Below are positions 39,611 through 49,830 of a DNA stretch of 64,000 nucleotides, piece by piece. A model generated the notes under the pieces. That model was not told where the DNA came from and made no database searches. It saw only the letters and a program-made list of their open reading frames with translations. The position numbers and the translations under genes are program-made. The DNA comes from Candidatus Eiseniibacteriota bacterium (GTDB lineage Bacteria; Eisenbacteria; RBG-16-71-46): NCBI GenBank assembly GCA_963717935.1, contig CAVQXP010000004.1, forward strand, positions 1,056,001-1,120,000. Reading direction: 5' to 3'. The first letter of the stretch is position 1. Each line of letters starts with the position of its first letter.

Positions 39611-40608
39611 ACGGGCGGACCCGCCGCCCCGTGCCGGCTCGCGCCGTGGACCTCACCGTGCGCATCGGCCCGCTGTGGCTGCGCAACCCGGTGCTCACCG
39701 CCTCGGGCACCTTCGGCTACGGCGACGAGTACGCCCACGTCGTGGACGTGAAGGCGCTGGGCGGCGTGGTGACGAAGACCGTCACGCTGGAGCCGCGCAG
39801 CGGCAACCCGCCCGGGCGCATCGTCGAGACCGCGGGCGGCATGCTCAACTCGATCGGCCTCGAGAACGTGGGCCTCGAGCGCTTCCGGCGCGAGAAGCTA
39901 CCGCGCCTGCGCGCGCTGGGCGCCACCCTCGTGGTCTCGCTCGGCGGCGAGACGGCGGCCGAGCTGGAGCGACTGCTGGAGACCCTCGGTGGCGATCGGG
40001 CGATCGCCGGATTCGAGATCAACTTCTCCTGCCCCAACGTGGCGAAGGGCGGTGCCCGATACTGGGCGGTGCCGCGCCGGCTCGAGCGCACGCTCGCCCG
40101 CCTGCGGCCGCTCACGAGGAAGGCGCTCCTCGCCAAGCTCTCGCCCGACGTGACCTCGATCGGCGACCTGGCGCGCGCCTGCGAGCAGGGCGGGGCCGAC
40201 GCGGTGACCGCCTGCAACACCTTCGTCGGCATGGCGGTGGACCTGGGCCGCCTGCGCTCGCGCCTGGGGCGGGCGACCGGCGGGCTCTCGGGTCCGGCCA
40301 TCAAGCCGCTGGCGCTGGCGCGTTGCCACGAGGTGGCCCGCGCCGTGCGCATCCCGGTCCTCGGTTCGGGCGGCATCATGGATGCGCGCGACGCGCTCGA
40401 GTACCTCGCGGTGGGGGCGAGCGCGGTGCAGGTGGGCACGGCGACGTTCCTGCGGCCCGACGCCGCACCGCGCATCGTCGCCGGATTGCGCGAGGCGCTG
40501 GCGGAGCGCGGCATCGGCAGCGTGCGCGAGTGGAGCGGTGTGCTCTGCGGCGAGCCGCTGGGCGAGGAGCCGGCCGCGAAGGCGCCCTCACGGAGGAAGA
40601 CGACATGA
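39607..40608 (+). CDS. pyrD: dihydroorotate dehydrogenase class 1B catalytic subunit
   Basis: NPVLTASGTFGYG, GMLNSIGLEN, EINFSCPN, KLSP, GGLSGPAIKP, VQVGTA. Confidence 0.95.
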   Translation: MNGRTRRPVPARAVDLTVRIGPLWLRNPVLTASGTFGYGDEYAHVVDVKALGGVVTKTVTLEPRSGNPPGRIVETAGGMLNSIGLENVGLERFRREKLPRLRALGATLVVSLGGETAAELERLLETLGGDRAIAGFEINFSCPNVAKGGARYWAVPRRLERTLARLRPLTRKALLAKLSPDVTSIGDLARACEQGGADAVTACNTFVGMAVDLGRLRSRLGRATGGLSGPAIKPLALARCHEVARAVRIPVLGSGGIMDARDALEYLAVGASAVQVGTATFLRPDAAPRIVAGLREALAERGIGSVREWSGVLCGEPLGEEPAAKAPSRRKTT

Positions 40609-41321
40609 GCGAGCTGGCCATCGCCTTCGACGTCGAGACGCTCGATCAGGCGCTCGCGCTCGACCGCCGCCTCGGCGCGGGCCCCGAACTCGCCAAGGTC
40701 GGCCTGCAGCTCTTCACCTCGGCCGGGCCCGACGCCGTGCGCGCGCTGGCGGCGCGGGGCCGGCGCGTGTTCCTCGACCTCAAGCTGCACGACATCCCCA
40801 ACACCGTGCGCGGCGCGGCGGCCGCGGCCGGCGCGCTGGGCGTGGACCTGCTCACCGTGCACGCCACCGGTGGCGAAGCCATGCTGCGTGCCGCGGTCGA
40901 GGGCGCGGCCGAGGCCGGGAAGGGCACCCGCGTCGTCGCCGTCACCCTGCTCACGAGCCTCGACCCGCAAGCGATGCCGCCCGGCTTCGCGCGCCCCTTC
41001 GACCTCGACGCCGCCGTGGCCGCGCTGCTGGAGACGGCCGAGCGCGCGGGCGCGGCGGGCATCGTCTGTTCGGCCGCCGACCTCGAGGGCCTGCGCCGGC
41101 TCCGAGGCGGCCGGCCGTTCTATGCCGTCACGCCCGGCATCCGCCCGGCCGGGGGCGGGACGCAGGACCAGAAGCGCGTGGCCACCATCGGTGAGGCCGT
41201 ACGGCTGGGAGCCGGCCTGCTCGTGCTCGGCCGGGCCGTCACCGCCGCCGCCGACCCGCGCGCGGCACTCGAGGCAGCGCGGGCCGAGCGGGACGCGGCG
41301 CTACGGGTGCTGCGGGGATGA
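40605..41321 (+). CDS. pyrF: orotidine-5'-phosphate decarboxylase
   Basis: IAFD, KVG, FLDLKLHDIPNTV, VTLLTS, TPGIRP, DQKRV, GRAV. Confidence 0.96.
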   Translation: MSELAIAFDVETLDQALALDRRLGAGPELAKVGLQLFTSAGPDAVRALAARGRRVFLDLKLHDIPNTVRGAAAAAGALGVDLLTVHATGGEAMLRAAVEGAAEAGKGTRVVAVTLLTSLDPQAMPPGFARPFDLDAAVAALLETAERAGAAGIVCSAADLEGLRRLRGGRPFYAVTPGIRPAGGGTQDQKRVATIGEAVRLGAGLLVLGRAVTAAADPRAALEAARAERDAALRVLRG

Positions 41322-41446
41322 CGCGCGCCGGGGGGAATCGGCCGCCCGCCGCCCGTCCCCGGCCACTCCCGCCGTCCGTCCGTCTTCTAACCCCGCCCGC
41401 CGCAATCCCTTGACTTACCCGGCTCCGTGGCGTAGCGCTCAAGGGA

Positions 41447-42037
41447 ATGAAAACGGCTCCCCGGCGTAGTTCGCAATTGGAGCCAGGTCGCGAGGCGGGC
41501 CTGGTACGGGCGGCGCAGGGCGGCGATCAGGCCGCCTTCACCGAGATCGTGCGCCATTTCCAGCGCCCGGTCTACCGTGTGGCCTACGCGCTGACGCGCA
41601 ACGCGAGCGACGCCGATGACCTCGCGCAGGAGACCTTCGTGCGGGCATACCAGGCGATCGGGCGGTTCCGTGCGGGCGAGCCGCTCTACCCGTGGCTCTC
41701 GCGCATCACCGTGAACCTGGCCTATTCGCTCTTCCGGCGGCGCAAGCGCCGGCCCGAGACCTCGATCGAGCCGCTGGTGGAATCCGGCCGGCAATGGGCG
41801 GCGGACGACGATCCTGCCGAGCGCGCGGCCGAGTCCGAGCAGCACGAACGGCTGGCCGGGGCCTTTGCCGAGCTGTCGCACGAGCACCAGGCCGTGCTCA
41901 CGCTGCGCGTGGTCGAGGACCTGTCGTACGACGACATCGCCCAGGCCCTGGGTGTGCCGGCGGGGACCGTGATGTCGCGGCTGTCGCGCGCGCGCGCGGA
42001 ACTCCGCACGCGACTCAAGGCGCGGACCGGGGAATGA
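41447..42037 (+). CDS. ECF RNA polymerase sigma factor
   Basis: GDQAAF, DADDLAQETFVRAY, WLSRITVN, LSYDDIA...GTVMSRLSRAR. Confidence 0.93.
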   Translation: MKTAPRRSSQLEPGREAGLVRAAQGGDQAAFTEIVRHFQRPVYRVAYALTRNASDADDLAQETFVRAYQAIGRFRAGEPLYPWLSRITVNLAYSLFRRRKRRPETSIEPLVESGRQWAADDDPAERAAESEQHERLAGAFAELSHEHQAVLTLRVVEDLSYDDIAQALGVPAGTVMSRLSRARAELRTRLKARTGE

Positions 42038-43428
42038 CCATGAGCCATCTGACGAACGAGCAGTTGAGCGCCCTGGCGGACGCCGCGCTCGAAGGCGGTG
42101 CGCGCGCCGCGGCCGAGCGCCACCTCGAGGCCTGCGCGGACTGCCGCGAGGCGCTGGCCGGACTCGTGGCGCGGGACCGGGCGCTCGCTTCGACGCTCGA
42201 GCACGACCCGGGCGAGGAGTACTACGAGTCCTTCGCCGGCCGGGTGGGCGATCGCATCCGCGCGGCGGGTCTGGCGGGCGCGCAGGCGCGCGGGCCCGAG
42301 GGCCGCAACCTGGCGGACTGGTTCCGCGCGCCGCGCAAGCTCGCGCTGGTCGGCGCGGTCGCGACCGTGGTCGCGGGCGCGGGGATCGTCATGCTCGCCA
42401 CGCGCGAGGTGCGCGTGCCGGCGCTGCGCGAACGGGAGATCGAGAGCCGCGTGGCGCAGGAGGCGCCCCCAGCGCCCTCGCCGCCCGGGATCCAGCCCGA
42501 GGGTCAGCCCGGGACTCGCGGCGCGCCGTCGCTCGCGGCGGAACCCATGGCTCCACCGCCCGCGGAGGGACTCGCGAAGGGGGCCGCCCGTCCCCGGGAT
42601 GACTCCCGGGCGAAGACGGACCTCGTGTCCCGCGGGCGGACGGCTGCTTCCGCGCGGGACCGGCGCGTCCCGGAGAATCGCGCCTACGAAGTGCGCCGCA
42701 ACGAGGCCGGCGAGGACGTGCCCGTGCGCCAGCCCGATGGATTCGTCTACCGGCCGCTCCGGGCCGCTCCTGCGCCCCGGCCTGCCGTGCCCGGCGAGCC
42801 CGTGTACGCGCAGAAGCCGCAGTACGCCGTGCCGCTCACGTCCGAGAAGCGGGCGGACGCCCTGCGGGCCGGGGCACAGCCGCTGCCCACCGGGGCGGGG
42901 GCCCCGGCGCCGTCGGCCGACCAGGGCGCTTCCGTGGCGGAGGAGAAGGCCGCGCTCGAGCAGGAGTCGAAGCCGGTGGCGGCGCCGGGCGCCGGGCAGG
43001 CCGTCACGGCCCGGAAGGGACGGGTCGCGCCCGGCGCCGCTCTCGGTCTCATGGACCGGGCGGACCGGGGCCCCACGTTCCAGGTGCGCGGGACCCCCGA
43101 GGCATTCGATGGGCTCCCGGCCGAACCGCGCGCCCTGGCCAGGGACGCTCGACGGCTGACGACGATCGCGGAGACGACCGGTCTGCGGTCTGCGTGGGAC
43201 TCGGCCGCCGTCGGGTGGGAGCGCGTGATCGAGGGCGTGCAGGGTGGGCCGCTCGAGAGCGAGACGCGCTTCCAGGTCGCGCGGGCCTGCTTCATGGCGT
43301 GGCAGCGGGACGCGAGTGAGAAGCGCGCCGTGCGGGCCGCACAGGCGCTGAAGGCCTTCCTCGCGCACGCGCCTCAGGGCGCCGAGCGGGACTCGGCGCA
43401 GGCCTGGATGCGGGCGTTCGAGCGCTAG
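42034..43428 (+). CDS. zf-HC2 transmembrane anti-sigma factor with long extracytoplasmic region
   Basis: HLTNEQLSA...HLEACADC, one TM, a long Pro/Ala-rich segment and a helical C-terminus. ATGA overlap with the sigma gene. Confidence 0.82.
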   Translation: MTMSHLTNEQLSALADAALEGGARAAAERHLEACADCREALAGLVARDRALASTLEHDPGEEYYESFAGRVGDRIRAAGLAGAQARGPEGRNLADWFRAPRKLALVGAVATVVAGAGIVMLATREVRVPALREREIESRVAQEAPPAPSPPGIQPEGQPGTRGAPSLAAEPMAPPPAEGLAKGAARPRDDSRAKTDLVSRGRTAASARDRRVPENRAYEVRRNEAGEDVPVRQPDGFVYRPLRAAPAPRPAVPGEPVYAQKPQYAVPLTSEKRADALRAGAQPLPTGAGAPAPSADQGASVAEEKAALEQESKPVAAPGAGQAVTARKGRVAPGAALGLMDRADRGPTFQVRGTPEAFDGLPAEPRALARDARRLTTIAETTGLRSAWDSAAVGWERVIEGVQGGPLESETRFQVARACFMAWQRDASEKRAVRAAQALKAFLAHAPQGAERDSAQAWMRAFER

Positions 43429-43469
43429 CCCGGGCTAGCGGGCCGCGCGGCGGGGGTGAAGCGCCGCCG

Positions 43470-45277
43470 TCAGGCCGTCTCGCCCGGGCCGACCACCTTC
43501 AGCCACGAGAACCACAGCGGGTGGTGCTGCTTGTACCAGCGCAGCACCTCCAGCACGACCTGCTGCTGGTCGGGCGGGATCACCTCGGGCGGGATGCGGT
43601 CGAAGTGGATGCGCATCTGCTGCCGGCCCACGTACTCGATGGCCTCGGAGCACAGGGTCTGCAATTCGTTGCGGATGCGGCCCGAGTCGGAGATCTTCAC
43701 CGGCCGGGTGCGGAAGTCCTCGCCGTAGATGAAGCGGGTGAGCAGCGGGATTGAACACCAGCCGCGACTCCTGGAGCTTCTCCATCAGCCGCAGGGTGAA
43801 GGTCACGTGCTTGTCGCCGCGCGCGGTGGCCAGCCGCACGCCGACACGGTAGACGCCGGGCCCGAGCTCCTCGACGCCGGCGGCGCCCGTGTAGGGATCG
43901 TCCCGCATGTACCCGGAGAAGGCCGCCACCTCCCAGCGCTTCTCGGGGAAGAAGTCGTCGGCGGCGATGACCGGCCGCTCGAGCGGGACGCCGGCGTCGC
44001 GGGCCTCGAGGATCAGCTCGCGGTAGGCGGTCTGCCCGGCGTCGTCCACCGGGTGCCCCAGCCGGTCGGCGAGCCGGTCGGCGAAGTCGGGGGCGTCGGG
44101 GTCGAGGTGCATGATGTGCAGCTCGCAGTCGTGCGGCAGGTCGAACTTCGAGGTGAACACCGCCAGCGAGGCGTCCAGGTCCAGCATCGGGGCCAGGCTC
44201 GCCGCCTGCATCGCCTCGGCGGAGGCGGCGTAGCCGTCGCACAGGAACAGGTGCGTGCGCCCCTCGTCGTCGGTCCAGGGACCGATCCGGTAGGTCGGGG
44301 CGTAGGTGCCGGACTCGGTGAAGGCCTTCATCCCCGACGGCAGCGTCCAGCCGTCCTCGACCAGGTGCGCGCCGGCCGCGCGCCATTCGTCCCAGAGCTT
44401 GCCGATGCGCACCGCGCGGGTCTTCCCGCCCAGGGTCCAGACGTGGACGTGCTCGCGGCGCAGGCCGGGATAGGCGGCCTCGATCGCCTCCATCACCCGT
44501 CCCGCGCGGCGTGCGGTAGTCGATCAGCAGCGAGTACTCGGCGGCCTTGTCCACCACGGCGCGGGGGAGGAACAGGTTCCCCACGTAGCCCTCGTAGGGG
44601 CGCTTCATCCGCAGCGGCTGGTCGAACAGGTGCAGCACCGTCATCGGCCCGGTGGGTTCCCCATTGGCGAAGCGGGAGGTGTTCTCCAGGGTGTCGATGG
44701 CGGCGCCCCAGACCGTGATGCCCGCCGCCTTCACCTCCTGGTAGAAGGCGCCCAGCCGTACTCGGCGTCGTTCAGCATCCGCGTCACGCGCTGCTCGAGC
44801 CAGCGCGCCACCTGGGGCCGGGCGTAGATGCGTCCGTAGCCGAGCTGCGGGTTCGAGCCCATCTCCGGGCGTCTCGCCCGCCTTGGGCATGAGCCCCTCG
44901 CCCAGGCACACCATGATGGCGTGGTTCTCCGGCAGGTGCCGCGAGGCGAACCACAGCCCCTCGCTCATGGCGTAGGCGGAGATGGCGTCGGCGTCCTTCT
45001 TCACCTGGTTGAGCTCGGCTTTGTCCTTCCCCTGCCCCTCGCCGAAGCGGCCGAAGAGCTGGGTGCCGAGCGCGGTGACCGCCACCGTCATGGCCATCAG
45101 CCGCTCCATGCGGCCGTCCAGGAAGGAGATCTGGTGGGTGAACTCGGCGACCGGCTGGCCCCGGATCCACTCCACCGTCACGTCCTCGAGCCACAGGTGC
45201 AGCCGGCCCAGGATGGGGCGGGTGTCGAAGGCCCACTGCGCGATCAGGTCCCGCTTGAGTCGAGCCGCGTCGCTCAT
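43470..45277 (-). CDS. divergent GlpX-like (class II FBPase fold) sugar phosphatase of about 600 aa, interrupted by four single-base frameshifts
   Basis: The reconstructed frame gives DADAISAYAM, CLGEG, AIDTLENT, GYVGNL and ASAEAMQAA, collinear with GlpX motifs. Indels lie near 44867, 44752, 44502 and 43748. Confidence 0.6.
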
Positions 45278-45503
45278 GGTGTGTCCCTCTCGGCGGGCAC
45301 GCCCGATCCGCTCGAACCGCACCCCGGTTCCGTCTCCCTTGCCTCCGGCACCGCCTCCGCGGGCCCGAAGTCTCGTGGCCGCCGTCCCGTGCGGGCGAAC
45401 GGCACGGTCAGGCTAGCAGCACGGCGGAAGCGGGAGCAAGGCCGACCGGGCCGCGCGAGCCTGGCTGGCGAGCTTGAAGAAGTGGCGCCTGGGGCCGGCA
45501 CCG

Positions 45504-45890
45504 CTAGCCGGCGGAGACCTCGCGCGCCGGCCGCACGCACGCGTCGCGCACGGCTTCGCACAATTCCTCGGGGTCCACCGGGCGCGGGGCGAAGTAGATC
45601 GGGCGCAGCGGCTGGATCAGGCGCCGCACCTCGAGCGAGGCGTGGCTCGCCACGACGATGAGCGGGAAGTCGGGCGCGAGGCGGCGCAGCAGCCGCAGGG
45701 TGGCCAGGTCGTCGTCGCGCTCGGGGCAGAGGGCGAACAGCACGACCTGGTGCCGCCCGGAGGCGACGGCATCCACCAGCGACTCGGTCGTGGAGGCCGC
45801 GCAGACCGCGCAGCCACCGCTCGCGAGCACGTCGGCGAGCGGCGGTTCGCCGTTCGTCCCGGCCTCGAAGACGATCACGCTGGGCACCAT
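45504..45890 (-). CDS. stand-alone degenerate receiver domain (pseudo-receiver)
   Basis: Receiver-like alpha/beta pattern, but VVLFA has Ala at the phospho-Asp position and APRP replaces KP. Confidence 0.65.
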   Translation of the reverse strand: MVPSVIVFEAGTNGEPPLADVLASGGCAVCAASTTESLVDAVASGRHQVVLFALCPERDDDLATLRLLRRLAPDFPLIVVASHASLEVRRLIQPLRPIYFAPRPVDPEELCEAVRDACVRPAREVSAG

Positions 45891-45904
45891 GTCACCGGAC
45901 TTCT

Positions 45905-45920
45905 AGCAATCCGGGTGCCT
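45905..45920 (-). promoter_or_regulatory. sigma54 (-24/-12) promoter
   Basis: Minus strand AGGCAC-CCGGA-TTGCT against the consensus TGGCAC-N5-TTGCW, directly downstream of a sigma54 activator gene. Confidence 0.75.
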
Positions 45921-46040
45921 GAGCGCCGCCCGGTCGGGCGCGGCCGCCCGCCGGTCCGCAAAGTTCCGGAAAACCGTGCTCTGGCGAGGGTTTGGCGCGG
46001 GCCCGGCGCGCGGCTCCGGGGCGCCCGGGGACCGCCCGGC

Positions 46041-46075
46041 TGCCACGCTGTCAGGTCGCCGCCGCCAACTGACAG
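46041..46075. promoter_or_regulatory. candidate upstream activator sequences for the NtrC-type regulator
   Basis: TGCCA-CGC-TGTCA (46041-53) and the inverted repeat CTGTCAG-N14-CTGACAG (46048-75), 120-155 bp upstream of the sigma54 promoter. Confidence 0.5.
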
Positions 46076-46148
46076 ACCGGGGCGGACGACCGCGGGGTCG
46101 AAGGCTGGCCGGCCTGCGACCCCGAAGGTCCGCGCTCCCGGTCCCGGG

Positions 46149-47502
<1,354 letters not shown>

Positions 47503-47510
<8 letters not shown>

Positions 47511-48666
47511 CGCTGCCTCCCGGGCCCTGCACGGGCAGCTCGATGATGAACCGGGCGCCTGCGCCCGGGCGGCTCTCGACCCGGATGGCGCCGCCGTAGC
47601 CGGTCACCGTCCGCTGCGTGATCGAGAGACCGAGGCCCGTGCCCTGGCCGATCGGCTTGGTGGTGAAGAAGGGATCCCAGATGCGGTCGAGGTGCTGTGG
47701 CTGGATGCCGGGGCCGGTGTCCTCGATCTCGAGCGTCACGGTGGAGCCCGCGTGACGGGTACGCACCGTGAGCATCCCGCCCTCCTTCATGGCCTGCACC
47801 GCGTTCATGCACAGGTTCATGCACATGCCGCGGATGCCCGACTCGCGCGCCCAGATGTGCGGCACCTTCGGGTCCATGTCCTGCACCATGGCGATGCCCT
47901 GCTTGGCCATCTGGTAGTTGAGCAGCGAGAGCGTGTCGCGCGCCGCGCGGTTCAGGTCCACCCAGGCGGTCGCCGCGCGGTAGGGCTGCGCCAGCAGCAG
48001 CAGCTTCTCCGTGGTCTCGGTGCAGCGCTGGGTCTCGCGCTCGATGCCCTGCAGGACGCCGTCCATGTCCTCCCGGTTGCGCGCCGGGAGCTGCTGCTCG
48101 CGCATGAGCCAGCGGCGCAGCCGCTCGACCCCGGCGAGGATGGCGGCCATCGGGTTGTTCAACTCGTGCGCCACGCCGGCCGCGAGCGTGCCCAGCGAGG
48201 CGAGCCGCTCGCTGTGGGCGAGCTGCGCCTCGAGGTCGCTGCGCTCGCTGATGTCGCGCCAGACCTCGACCACGTGACTCACCTCGCCGTCGGGGCCGAG
48301 CACCGGGTTGTAGGTGGCCTCCCAGCGTCGCTGGGCGCCGCTCGGATCGGTCATGTTGCGCACCCGGCGGACCGGGCGCTTCAGCTCCATCACCTCGCAG
48401 GCCGAGCAACGGCTGGAGCCGGCGTTGGCCTCGGCGTCGGGACAGTGCAGCACGTCCATGCAGTGCGTGCCGATCACGGCGGCGCGCTGGGGCCCGAAGG
48501 CGTCCAGGTAGCGGCGGTTCGCGGCCACGACCTTCTGGGTGCGGTCCACCACGACCACCGCGTCGCTCAGTGCGTCGATGAGCTGGGGCAGGATGTGCCG
48601 GACCTGCTCGATGTCCATCCGGCCGGGGAAGGGGGCCGGGACGGACGCGGGATGTGGTTGCGCCAT
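47503..48666 (-). CDS. soluble PAS-domain sensor histidine kinase
   Basis: ATG at 48666 with a GAGGAG SD and no TM. PAS domain with C-X5-C-X11-C-X2-C, then AHELNNP, NAVQAM, DTGPGI, PFFTTK, GTGLGL. Confidence 0.92.
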
Positions 48667-48708
48667 GGACTCCTCGGGAAGAAGGACGACTGGCGCGGCC
48701 AGCGAGGA

Positions 48709-48721
48709 TGACAGTTTGTCA
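48709..48721. promoter_or_regulatory. palindromic operator upstream of the kinase-regulator operon
   Basis: TGACA-GTT-TGTCA, lying between a minus-strand extended -10 (TGCTAGTGT, 48737-48745) and the kinase start. Confidence 0.55.
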
Positions 48722-48857
48722 GGCACCGGGCCAAAAACACTAGCACAGGACCGGCAGGCGTGGCGAAAGAGGGGGTCGCTGGCCCCGGGCACCGGTCTTC
48801 CCCTACCATGCCCGGCGGTCCCACCGTTCGCCCGCCATCGAAGGCCGGAGTCCGCCG

Positions 48858-49103
48858 ATGAACGACGCCAAACTCAAGGATTGCTTCAGCCAGTCGCTCG
48901 GGATCCCGGTCGGCCGGGTCACGGATGATCTCGCCTACAACGCGATCAAGGAGTGGGATTCGGTCGGACACATGGCGCTGGTCGCCGCGCTTGAAGGCGC
49001 CTTCGACATCATGCTCGACACCGACGACATCCTGGGCCTGAGCAGCGTGGCCAGGGCCCGCGAGATCCTGGCGAAATACGGGGTGGTCTTCGATGCTGCT
49101 TGA
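48858..49103 (+). CDS. acyl carrier protein
   Basis: 81-aa protein with a WDSVGHM phosphopantetheine-site motif and a GGAG SD. Confidence 0.9.
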   Translation: MNDAKLKDCFSQSLGIPVGRVTDDLAYNAIKEWDSVGHMALVAALEGAFDIMLDTDDILGLSSVARAREILAKYGVVFDAA

Positions 49104-49830
49104 AGGCAGGTCCGCGCTGGTCACGGGTGCGGGCCGGGGGATCGGCGCCGCCATCGCCGCGGCGCTGGCCGCCGAAGGTGCCCGGGTCGTGATCTCCGAC
49201 CTGAGCGAACAGGTCGAACCGGTCGCCGCGGAGCTCTGTGCGCGGGGGGGACGGGTCACGGCGCTGCGGGGTGACTTGCGCGACGAGGCGTTCCTGAAGG
49301 AGTTGGTCCAGGCGTGCCGCAGGCAGCACGGGAGCCTCGATGTGCTGGTCAACAACGCCGGCGTGCTGCGCCAGGGGTTGCTTGGGATGCTCCCGGCGAC
49401 GGCGATCCGGGAACTGTTCGAGGTGAACGTCATCGCGCTCATCGCGCTCACGCAGTACGCCGTGCGCATCATGGACGGGGCGCGCCAGCCCAGCATCATC
49501 AACCTAGCCTCGATCGCGGGCACCCGGGGCATGGAGGGCGTATCGGCCTATTCCGCCTCCAAGGGCGCGGTCGTGGCGTTCACGCTGGCGGGTGCGAAGG
49601 AGCTGGCGCCCCGGGGCATTCGCATGAACGCCATCGCGCCCGGGTTCATCGATACCGAGATGATCCGGGGGCTGGCCCCGGACTGGCTCGAGCGGCGCGT
49701 GGAGAGCATCCGCATGGGCCGCGTTGGCACCCCGGAGGACGTCGCCGGGGCGGCGGTGTTCCTGGCGTCCGGTCTGTCGAGTTACGTAACCGGGCAGGTG
49801 CTCGGTGTGGACGGGGGAATGCAGGGTTGA
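49093..49830 (+). CDS. FabG-like short-chain dehydrogenase/reductase
   Basis: TGAGRGIG, NNAG, YSASK, NAIAPGFIDT, VDGG. Confidence 0.92.
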   Translation: MLLEGRSALVTGAGRGIGAAIAAALAAEGARVVISDLSEQVEPVAAELCARGGRVTALRGDLRDEAFLKELVQACRRQHGSLDVLVNNAGVLRQGLLGMLPATAIRELFEVNVIALIALTQYAVRIMDGARQPSIINLASIAGTRGMEGVSAYSASKGAVVAFTLAGAKELAPRGIRMNAIAPGFIDTEMIRGLAPDWLERRVESIRMGRVGTPEDVAGAAVFLASGLSSYVTGQVLGVDGGMQG

